The position numbers and the translations under genes were made by a program. This document shows positions 14,776-22,170 of a stretch of 24,000 bases of DNA, in pieces. Position 1 is the first letter of the stretch. Each line of letters starts with the position of its first letter. The stretch is from Nitrososphaerales archaeon (GTDB taxonomy: Archaea > Thermoproteota > Nitrososphaeria > Nitrososphaerales > CADDZS01), in contig JASHPQ010000110.1 in assembly GCA_030037995.1 (NCBI GenBank), positions 9,945-33,944 of the forward strand, read 5' to 3'. Under the pieces are notes generated by a model. The model searched no databases. It saw only the letters and a program-made list of their open reading frames with translations, and was not told where the DNA came from.

Positions 14776-16530
14776 ATGACGAACGGGTCTTACTGGATGC
14801 TAAAGTTGGAAGGTCTCGAAGAAAAGAAACGGCAAGAAAGAGATGGCGATTTTGATCCGAAGAGAATGAGCATCCTAAGGGAGAAGATCCACAACTGGGA
14901 GAAATCTGTCCTCGATCCGGTGCTTTCAGAAACTCCAGAAAGGAAAGATCAGTTCGAGAATTTTTCGGGGATTACACTGAAGAGGATCTATACTCCGGAA
15001 GATGTGACGGATCTGGACTACTCCAGAGACCTGGGGATGCCTGGCGAGTATCCTTACACTCGGGGAGTATACCCAACGATGTACCGGGGGCGGCCCTGGA
15101 CGATGCGCATGTTCTCTGGATTTGGTACCGCAGATCAGACGAACAAGCGACTCAAGTACTTGCTGAGAGAGGGAGAAACCGGCCTTTCAATCGCTTTCGA
15201 TATGCCTACCCTCTACGGTTATGACGCGGACAGCGACAGGGCGGAGGGCGAAGTTGGGAAGTGCGGAGTGTCCGTTTCCTCCTTGGCAGACATGGAAACG
15301 ATCTTCGACTCTATTCCGCTGGATCAAGTAAGCACCTCCATGACAATCAATGCTCCCGCCGCGGTGCTGACGGCGATGTACGCCGCGGTCGGGGAAAAGC
15401 AGGGAGTTCCACTGGAAAAACTCCGAGGTACTGTACAAACGGACATCCTGAAGGAATACATTGCGCAGAAAGAGTGGGCCTTTCCTCCAGACGCCCATCT
15501 GCGAATTATCCGGGATCTCATGGTCTTTTGCACTGAGCGCATGCCCTACTGGCATTACATCAGCATCTCAGGGTATCACATCAGGGAGGCGGGAGCGAGC
15601 GCTGTGCAGGAGCTTGCTTTCACACTCGCAGACGGTTTCTCGTATGTGGATCTTGGAAGAGAGGCAGGTCTGGACGTAGACTCGTTTGTTCCGCGGTTTT
15701 CCTTTTTCTTCAACTGCGACATGGACTTTTTCGAGGAGATTGCAAAGTTTAGGGCGGCGAGACGTATCTGGGCGACCGTCATGAAGGAAAAGTTCGGTGC
15801 AAAAAATCCGAGGTCAATGCTCCTACGCTTTCACACGCAGACTTCGGGCGTTTCGCTGACTTGGCAGCAACCCCTTAACAATGTCATCCGGACAACGGTA
15901 GAGGCGCTCGCAGCCATTTTGGGAGGCACACAATCGCTTCACACCAATTCTTATGACGAGGCCTGGGCCCTTCCCACAGAAGACGCCGTCACAATCGCCC
16001 TGAGGACTCAGCAAATTCTCTCGGAAGAAACTGGAATCACAGATGTCGTAGATCCGCTAGGTGGCTCTTACTACCTGGAGTGGTTGACCGCCGAAATGGA
16101 AGAGCAGGCGTACAAGTATTTCGAAAAGATCTACCAGATAGGTGGGGTTCTGGAAGCAATCAAGCAGGGGTTCCTTCAGAGGGAGATAGCAAACACCTCT
16201 TATCACAAGACCAAGGAGCTAGAGTCCGGGAAACGCTTTGTGGTGGGAGTCAACAAATATGAGGTCAATGAAGAAAAGCCGATTGACTATCTGAAAGTAA
16301 ATCAAGCCCTCCGGAGAAAAGCGGTGACCAAGCTTCGGACTTTGAAGAAACGGAGGGACAAAAGCCGGGTTTCGCAATCGCTGGAAAACCTGAGAAAAGC
16401 ATTCGAGGACCCCGGCTCGAACTCCATGTATCCTATTCTCGAGGCGGTGAAGTCATATGCAACGCTCCAGGAAATAATGGATGTGGGAAGGCAGGTATTC
16501 GGCGGATGGAAGGAACCGGTAATCGCCTGA
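14776..16530 (+). CDS. B12-dependent acyl-CoA mutase catalytic subunit, second paralog, with an isobutyryl-CoA-mutase-like active-site signature.
   Basis: It has 'YPYTRGVY...PWTMRMFSGFGTADQTN', 'GLSIAFDMPT', 'TSMTINA', 'GTVQTDILKEYIAQKEWAFPP', 'SISGYHIREAGAS' and 'AARRIWA'. Phe and Gln occupy the positions where the 4360-6003 paralog has Tyr and Arg. GGAG lies 9 nt before ATG 14776. Confidence 0.92.
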   Translation: MTNGSYWMLKLEGLEEKKRQERDGDFDPKRMSILREKIHNWEKSVLDPVLSETPERKDQFENFSGITLKRIYTPEDVTDLDYSRDLGMPGEYPYTRGVYPTMYRGRPWTMRMFSGFGTADQTNKRLKYLLREGETGLSIAFDMPTLYGYDADSDRAEGEVGKCGVSVSSLADMETIFDSIPLDQVSTSMTINAPAAVLTAMYAAVGEKQGVPLEKLRGTVQTDILKEYIAQKEWAFPPDAHLRIIRDLMVFCTERMPYWHYISISGYHIREAGASAVQELAFTLADGFSYVDLGREAGLDVDSFVPRFSFFFNCDMDFFEEIAKFRAARRIWATVMKEKFGAKNPRSMLLRFHTQTSGVSLTWQQPLNNVIRTTVEALAAILGGTQSLHTNSYDEAWALPTEDAVTIALRTQQILSEETGITDVVDPLGGSYYLEWLTAEMEEQAYKYFEKIYQIGGVLEAIKQGFLQREIANTSYHKTKELESGKRFVVGVNKYEVNEEKPIDYLKVNQALRRKAVTKLRTLKKRRDKSRVSQSLENLRKAFEDPGSNSMYPILEAVKSYATLQEIMDVGRQVFGGWKEPVIA

Positions 16531-16585
16531 AGACGACAATAATGCCAAATATCAGATCTTCGAAACGTTAGATGTATTCGCGCCC

Positions 16586-17131
16586 ATGTCATCTTTGCAG
16601 CTTCTAAGTGAACCCGAGAAAGAGTCCAGAAGAATCAGGATACTCGTAGCAAAGCCCGGACTAGACGGCCACGATCGCGGCGCCCTCGTGCTCTCGCGTG
16701 CGTTTCGAGACGCCGGGATGGAGGTCATCTATTCTGGACTTCTCCCCACTCCCGAACAGGTCGCTCAGATGGCAGTCGATGAGGACGTTGACGTCGTTGC
16801 GCTGAGTTTACTCAACGGGGCGCACATGACGGCCTTTCCGAAGGTTGTGCAATTTCTCAAGGAAAAAGGAGGCGGGGATATCTTGGTCGTCGGCGGAGGC
16901 ATCATACCGGATGTGGACAAGCCGAAACTCGAGAGAATGGGGATAAAGGGAAATTTTGGTCCGGGGACATCGCTCAAGACGATTGTGGACTTTATCAAAG
17001 ACTCCGTTAAGGAAAACCGGGATAGAATTTCGAAGAAAGGAGTGGAGGCTCGTGTCTCGAAACGTAGCGCGTCTGCTTCGGCAAAAAAGTCGAAGAAAAA
17101 ATTAGTTAGGCGTCCGAATCGTTCAAGGTAA
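16586..17131 (+). CDS. Acyl-CoA mutase small subunit (cobalamin-binding domain) with a basic C-terminal tail.
   Basis: It has 'RILVAKPGLDGHDRGALVLSRAF' (the DxHxxG B12 lower-ligand motif), 'VVALSLL' (the SxL motif) and 'VVGGGIIP' (the GG motif). It starts 55 bp downstream of the catalytic subunit. Confidence 0.9.
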   Translation: MSSLQLLSEPEKESRRIRILVAKPGLDGHDRGALVLSRAFRDAGMEVIYSGLLPTPEQVAQMAVDEDVDVVALSLLNGAHMTAFPKVVQFLKEKGGGDILVVGGGIIPDVDKPKLERMGIKGNFGPGTSLKTIVDFIKDSVKENRDRISKKGVEARVSKRSASASAKKSKKKLVRRPNRSR

Positions 17132-17132
17132 C

Positions 17133-17147
17133 TTTTTTTCTAATTTT
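17133..17147 (+). terminator. Oligo-T termination tract after the mutase operon.
   Basis: A T7 run (17133-17139) followed by TAATTTT comes directly after the stop codon. It lies in the 15-bp gap between the convergent genes. Confidence 0.35.
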
Positions 17148-17812
17148 CATTTTGAGCTATGGAGCGCTTCTTTCTGTCCTGTTAGATCGCGTATCTTAAT
17201 GAGGTCGCTTTGGAGGAGGTTCTTCAGCGAGCGATTCCGGAACACCGATGCCGGATGGTAGGTCGCGAGAACTGGAATATCTGATTTTAGAGCTTTTAAC
17301 AGCTTACCGTGATTGGATCCCATCTTCTTCTCCCCTGTAAAGTATTGAAGAGCTGTCGCCCCGAGACTGCAGATCAATTTGGGTTTCAGGATCTCGATCT
17401 GTTTTTCCAGATAAGTTGAGGTACAAGTCTGGATTTCGTCTGGTTTGGGCTTTCGATTCTTCGGAGGACGACACTTTACGATGTTTGTAATGTAGACTCG
17501 CTTCCTGTCAAGACCTGCATTCTTCAAAAGCTCATCTAGAAGCTTTCCTCCCGAACCTACGAACGGTTCCCCCTTAAGATCCTCATTCCTTCCCGGTCCC
17601 TCCCCGACGAAGACGACGGAAGGATCTTCAATGTTTCCCGAGCCGGGGACTGCGTTTGTCCTCGTCTCGCACAGCTGGCAGAGTTTGCACGAGATTATCC
17701 GCCGATTCAGGTATTTGATCGATCTAGACTTCTTTTTTTCAGGCTCCGAATTGTTCAACGGTGAGAACCCCCGGAACGGTTGCTCATGCAGGGGTGATTT
17801 TTTATACCTCAA
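17147..17812 (-). CDS. udg: Family-4 uracil-DNA glycosylase (Fe-S type).
   Basis: It has 'CKLCQLC' plus later Cys residues (4Fe-4S ligands), 'VVFVGEGPGRNEDLKGEPFVGSGGKLL' (motif A, GE(A/G)PG) and 'YHPASVFRN' (motif B). The start is uncertain: TTG 17812 overlaps the peptidase stop, and TTG 17758 is an alternative. Confidence 0.85.
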   Translation of the reverse strand: MRYKKSPLHEQPFRGFSPLNNSEPEKKKSRSIKYLNRRIISCKLCQLCETRTNAVPGSGNIEDPSVVFVGEGPGRNEDLKGEPFVGSGGKLLDELLKNAGLDRKRVYITNIVKCRPPKNRKPKPDEIQTCTSTYLEKQIEILKPKLICSLGATALQYFTGEKKMGSNHGKLLKALKSDIPVLATYHPASVFRNRSLKNLLQSDLIKIRDLTGQKEALHSSK

Positions 17813-18917
17813 TCAGTTCTCGTTTCACAGTAGTCAGAATCTTGGGTTTGTCCTTAGTTACTAGAATATCGTCCTCGATCCTCACCCCTCCAAAATCCGG
17901 CACGTAGATTCCTGGCTCCACGGTGAGCACCATACCCGGCCTCAATTTTTTCTTGTATCGAGGCGACAGGCCCGGTCCGTCATGAACGGAGAGGCCGAGC
18001 GAATGTCCAGTAGAGTGAATGAACCGCCCCTTGTATTCCGTTGAATCTATTAAACCGGCCACTTTGGAGTGGACGAAATCCCCCGTATTCTCCGGCGTGC
18101 ACAGCTCGGTTCCTAGTTCTACCGCGCGTTGGACGATATCGTACATCTCCCTTTGTCTCTTCGAAGCCCTGCCAAAAACGAGAGTCCGGGTAATGTCGGA
18201 GCAGTAACGATTGTACCTTGCCCCGTAATCACAAAGAACAAACTGCCCCCTTCTCAGCTTTGTTACTCCCGGGGAATAGTGGGGCTTGGCGCTATTTTTT
18301 CCGAACGCGACTATTGAATCGAAGGAAACGCCGCTCGCCCCGGCGTCTTGCATTTCAAAAGCCATTTTGGCGGAAACAGAGCTCTCGGTAACGCCTTCGC
18401 CGAGCATGGACGGAATCTTCTTGTACGTGTCAGAAGCGATATCGCAAGCCTTCCGGATCAGGGCGATCTCACCTTCGTCTTTGATCAGGCGAGCGGCCTC
18501 AAAGGCTTCTGATTCGTCAAGTAGTTTGGATCCTTTGAAAACCGATTTTATCTGAAGATAAGAGCTGTAGGTAAGTTCCGACGAGTTAAGCGCAATAGTT
18601 TTTCCGGGGGTACTTGTCGCAATCGACTTTAGTCTCGCTATCATGCGGTCTCTGTCCTGGTCAGCAAAGACCACGACGCCATTTTCAAAGGACCTCGCTA
18701 TTGGCTCCTCCAGCAATGACGTGACGAGTGAAATCTTACCATTTCTTTCAGCTACCAGGTAGGAGCTTTCAAAGAGTCCGTAAGGATACCCAGTGACATA
18801 GAAAAAAGACGCGTCGAGGTGCGGTTCAGCTCCATTAGCCAGTACGAAGGTGTCTGCTCTCTCTCCGATCTGCTCGAAGATTTTCTCTGCTCTTTTCTTA
18901 GAATCTATCTTGGGCAT
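17802..18917 (-). CDS. pepQ: M24B Xaa-Pro (amino/di)peptidase.
   Basis: It has 'VLCDYGARYNRYCSDITRT', 'HSTGHSLGLSVHDGP' and 'MVLTVEPGIYVPDFGGVRIEDDILVT', the pita-bread-fold metal ligands D, D, H, E, E. ATG 18917 (MPKIDSKK...) is preferred over the track TTG 18941. Confidence 0.9.
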   Translation of the reverse strand: MPKIDSKKRAEKIFEQIGERADTFVLANGAEPHLDASFFYVTGYPYGLFESSYLVAERNGKISLVTSLLEEPIARSFENGVVVFADQDRDRMIARLKSIATSTPGKTIALNSSELTYSSYLQIKSVFKGSKLLDESEAFEAARLIKDEGEIALIRKACDIASDTYKKIPSMLGEGVTESSVSAKMAFEMQDAGASGVSFDSIVAFGKNSAKPHYSPGVTKLRRGQFVLCDYGARYNRYCSDITRTLVFGRASKRQREMYDIVQRAVELGTELCTPENTGDFVHSKVAGLIDSTEYKGRFIHSTGHSLGLSVHDGPGLSPRYKKKLRPGMVLTVEPGIYVPDFGGVRIEDDILVTKDKPKILTTVKRELIEV

Positions 18918-18991
18918 CCGCGTTCGGAGGTCGAGGTTCAAGTCTTGGTAGAAAAAGCCTTTTGGATGGAAGCGAAATGGTATGGTTCCAA

Positions 18992-20176
18992 ATGAACTTC
19001 GACCTCACGGACGAACAGAAACTCATTTTGAGCGTCGTCGACGAAACCTGCCAGAAGATCCGGCCTATCGAGGATCGGTTTTATCTCGAACGCCGCTTCA
19101 ACGATCAAGTACTTCCGATTTTCAAGGAGGCGCATCTCCTAGGTTTTCCGATCTCGAGAAGCTACGGTGAAGGTCAGGGAGCAGATGCTCTGACTTACGC
19201 TCTGGTCTTGGAGAGAGTAGGCAGAGAGGGTACGGGAATCCGAACGTTTTTCTCTGGTCATGTTTCTCTGGGCCAGAGTACCTTGCAAAAGTGGGGCAGC
19301 GAAGAACAAAAACAACGCTATCTGCCACGCACTACTTCTGGCGAGCTGATCATGGCATTCGGCCTCACCGAACCGACCGCAGGATCGGATCCAGCTTCGA
19401 TGAAGACCAGTTTCGAGGAGAGAGGAGGCAGCTACTACCTGAACGGTCAGAAGGCTTGGATTTCCAACGGATCTATTGCAGATCTGATAGTGGTTTTTGC
19501 GTACCCAAAAGGAAAGTCGGAAGGGATGTGCGCCTTTCTCGTCGAGACCGAAGCAGAGGGATTCTCGGCGGAACCGATTAAAAACAAACTCGGCCTCCCC
19601 ACCTCGGATACGGGACTGCTGTATTTCAATGACTGCAGGGTGTCCAGAGACAATATGCTTGGTCCGCCGGGCAAGGGGCTAAGTGTTGCCTACACCGCTT
19701 TGATGAGTGGAAGACTTTCCGTGGCGGCGGGGAGTGTAGGTGTACTACAGGATTGCCTTGACGAGGCCGTAAAGTACGCAAGGGAAAGAGTGCAGCATAA
19801 GAAGAAAATTGGGAAGCATCAGCTGATCCAGCGAGAAATTGCGAAGATTTCTCTAGATCTCGAAAGTTCGAGGCTGATGACGTACAAGGCGGCCAGCCTG
19901 AAAGTAAAGTCGGACGAATCACCCGACAATTACGAGCTGCGAGCGGAGGCCGACTGGTGGATCGCGCAGGCAAAATACTACGCCGCAAACGCGTCGTTCT
20001 GGGCGGCTGACCGAGCCGTGCAAATATTCGGGGCGAACGGCTTTTCCTTCGAAAACAGGCCGGCTAGACACCTCGCAGACACGCGGGCATGCAGGATCTA
20101 CGAAGGAACTGACCAGATCCTTGAGCAAAAGATCGCGATCAAACTACTTGGATCCGAGTTTGAAGCCTTCTCGTAA
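18992..20176 (+). CDS. Acyl-CoA dehydrogenase (short/branched-chain-like).
   Basis: It has 'MNFDLTDEQ', 'AFGLTEPTAGSDP', 'NGQKAWISNG', 'QIFGANGF' and 'RIYEGTDQI' (the catalytic Glu in the YEGT motif). The track start TTG 18962 and ATG 18977 are in-frame alternatives. Confidence 0.92.
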   Translation: MNFDLTDEQKLILSVVDETCQKIRPIEDRFYLERRFNDQVLPIFKEAHLLGFPISRSYGEGQGADALTYALVLERVGREGTGIRTFFSGHVSLGQSTLQKWGSEEQKQRYLPRTTSGELIMAFGLTEPTAGSDPASMKTSFEERGGSYYLNGQKAWISNGSIADLIVVFAYPKGKSEGMCAFLVETEAEGFSAEPIKNKLGLPTSDTGLLYFNDCRVSRDNMLGPPGKGLSVAYTALMSGRLSVAAGSVGVLQDCLDEAVKYARERVQHKKKIGKHQLIQREIAKISLDLESSRLMTYKAASLKVKSDESPDNYELRAEADWWIAQAKYYAANASFWAADRAVQIFGANGFSFENRPARHLADTRACRIYEGTDQILEQKIAIKLLGSEFEAFS

Positions 20177-20286
20177 GGAGACTTGTACCGGATTTTCCGC
20201 ACGACTCAACAATTGTGAAATAGCGCAGTTGGTCAAACGGCTTCACAAACAACGAATAGGATCTCGAGGAAAGGACGCTATAGATT

Positions 20287-21075
20287 TTGCCAGAAATAAT
20301 TGTGTGCTTCAAGCACGTGATTGATGAAACCGAGCTGAGGATTGACAGAGCGAACAATAAAATCAACTTCGAGGGGGCAAAGACAAAGATAAGCGATGAT
20401 GACAAGAACGCGATCGAAGAAGCCGTTCGCATCAAGGAGAAAAACGGAGGGAGCATCACAGGAGTTTGCCTCGCCGGACCTGACGCCAAAAAGAGCGTAA
20501 AGGAAGCCCTTGCAATGGGATGCGACAGGGCCCGGTTGATCTCCGATCCCGCGTTCCAGGACGAAGACGCAATCGCTACCGCATACGTCCTTTCCCAAGC
20601 GATCAAGAAGATCGGAAAGTACGACATTGTATTAACTTCGACGGGCACGACCGATTCTTACACCGGAATCGTCGGCCCGGCTCTCGCAGAATTTCTCGAT
20701 CTGCCGCAGCTTACGTTTGCTTCCAAAATCACGATTTCTGGCAACCATGCGACCGTGGACCGCCTTCTGGAAGATGGCGTTGAAACTGTGGGGGCAGAGC
20801 TGCCGGTGCTCGTTACCGTGGCTAGAGAAATAAATCAGCCGCGATTTCCCACATTACTTCAGATAATGAGCGCCGGAAAGAAAGAGCTCCTGGAGTGGAA
20901 CGCGGCGAATCTCGGGGTAGATCCCTCTTTAGTCGGCAAAGTGGGATCCATGGTTGAAGTGACGGGCCTGAACGTGCCAAAGTCTTCGCGAAAGAAGATT
21001 ATCTTCGAAGGAAAACCTGACGAAGCGGCGGGCAAGTTGGCCGAAGCTCTCGTGAAAGAGGGCGCGGTAAAGTAG
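20287..21075 (+). CDS. etfB: Electron transfer flavoprotein, beta subunit.
   Basis: It has 'IIVCFKHVIDE', 'DDKNAIEEAVRIKE', 'DIVLTSTGTTDSYTGIVGPALAEFLDLPQLT' and 'INQPRFPTL..IM.A.KK'. A TTG start is preceded by GGAAAGGA. Confidence 0.92.
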   Translation: MPEIIVCFKHVIDETELRIDRANNKINFEGAKTKISDDDKNAIEEAVRIKEKNGGSITGVCLAGPDAKKSVKEALAMGCDRARLISDPAFQDEDAIATAYVLSQAIKKIGKYDIVLTSTGTTDSYTGIVGPALAEFLDLPQLTFASKITISGNHATVDRLLEDGVETVGAELPVLVTVAREINQPRFPTLLQIMSAGKKELLEWNAANLGVDPSLVGKVGSMVEVTGLNVPKSSRKKIIFEGKPDEAAGKLAEALVKEGAVK

Positions 21076-21076
21076 C

Positions 21077-22027
21077 ATGTCAAACATTCTGGCTTTCTCG
21101 GATTCAGCTGACTCCTGTCTGGAGCTCGTAACTCTGGGGAAAAATCTCGGCGGAAGCTTCTCGATTGCGGTTCTAGGTTCGGGTGACCTGTCTTCTCAAT
21201 CAAAGAAGCTCTCCGTGGACGGCGTCTCAAGCATTTACGAAGTCTCGCATGAATCCCTCAAAAACTTGCTTGCGGGGCCGGCTACAGACGCCCTCGAGGC
21301 AGTTTCCAAGAGGGCCAGACCCGATCTTATTCTGCTAAGCTCGACCAAGAAAGGAAAGGAGCTTGCGGGTCGGCTCGCGGCTAGGCTAAAGGTGGGGTGC
21401 ATTTCCGATGCCATGAAACTATCCGTTCAGGGCAGCGGCTTTGCAGCTGACAGGCTGGTTTGGGGAGGGAATGCTATTGCGTCAGTATCTTCCAAGGGAG
21501 CGGCCGTGGTCACCATTCCACTCCGAGCCTACGCGCGGGCGTCGAATCCATCCAGCCCTAACATAATCCAAGTGGACGATTTTCAGCCCAAACCAGTCAA
21601 TGTTAGCGCAATTGGAAAGAAGGAAAAACCCAAGGGCCAAGTGAGCATCAAGGATGCCGAAATTATTGTCTCTGCTGGCAGGGGCTTCAAGAAGAAGGAG
21701 GACCTGTCGATGCTCGAGGATCTCGCAAAAGTCCTGAATGCGGTGGTGGGGGCGTCCCGGCCCCTGACCTCCGACCTCGGTTGGGTCTCGGAAGACAGGC
21801 AGGTGGGCCTGTCCGGGACAACCGTGAAACCGAAGCTTTACATCGCCGTAGGCATATCGGGGCAGATTCAGCACCTCACGGGCATGCGAGAATCGAAAGT
21901 AATCGTCGCGATCAACACCGACAAGAACGCCCCAATTTTTCAAGAGTGCGACTACGGGATCGTCGGAGACCTGTACGCCGTCGTGCCGGAGCTCACGAAG
22001 GCTTTCAAGGCACAGCTTGGTCGATAG
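21077..22027 (+). CDS. etfA: Electron transfer flavoprotein, alpha subunit.
   Basis: It starts 1 nt after the etfB stop. It has 'IIVSAGRG', 'VVGASRPL.SDLGWVSEDRQVGLSGTTVKPKLYIAVGISGQIQHLTGM' and 'IVAINTDKNAPIF' (the FAD-binding C-terminal domain). Confidence 0.92.
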   Translation: MSNILAFSDSADSCLELVTLGKNLGGSFSIAVLGSGDLSSQSKKLSVDGVSSIYEVSHESLKNLLAGPATDALEAVSKRARPDLILLSSTKKGKELAGRLAARLKVGCISDAMKLSVQGSGFAADRLVWGGNAIASVSSKGAAVVTIPLRAYARASNPSSPNIIQVDDFQPKPVNVSAIGKKEKPKGQVSIKDAEIIVSAGRGFKKKEDLSMLEDLAKVLNAVVGASRPLTSDLGWVSEDRQVGLSGTTVKPKLYIAVGISGQIQHLTGMRESKVIVAINTDKNAPIFQECDYGIVGDLYAVVPELTKAFKAQLGR

Positions 22028-22170
22028 AAGATCCTCACTCGCGATAAGTAAAAAAGAGTAGTGAGGCAGTCGAGAGCCTCAATTACTCAGCATTGAATTT
22101 CTCTCTTATTCGGTCCTCTTTTACAGAGACCTGCGTTCAGGGTGAAGTCTGCCGGCTAAAATATCCGCTG

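Noticed and set aside
20139-20648. 169-aa and 106-aa minus-strand ORFs spanning the ACAD end and the etfB start.
   Set aside because: They are antisense to two well-supported genes, show no recognisable domain, and cross an intergenic region.
22033-22066. 7-bp inverted repeat CCTCACT/AGTGAGG with a 20-nt loop just after etfA, considered as a possible terminator or attenuator.
   Set aside because: The loop is long, no following T-tract is present, and the downstream Fe-S gene is most likely co-transcribed. The signal is too weak to call.
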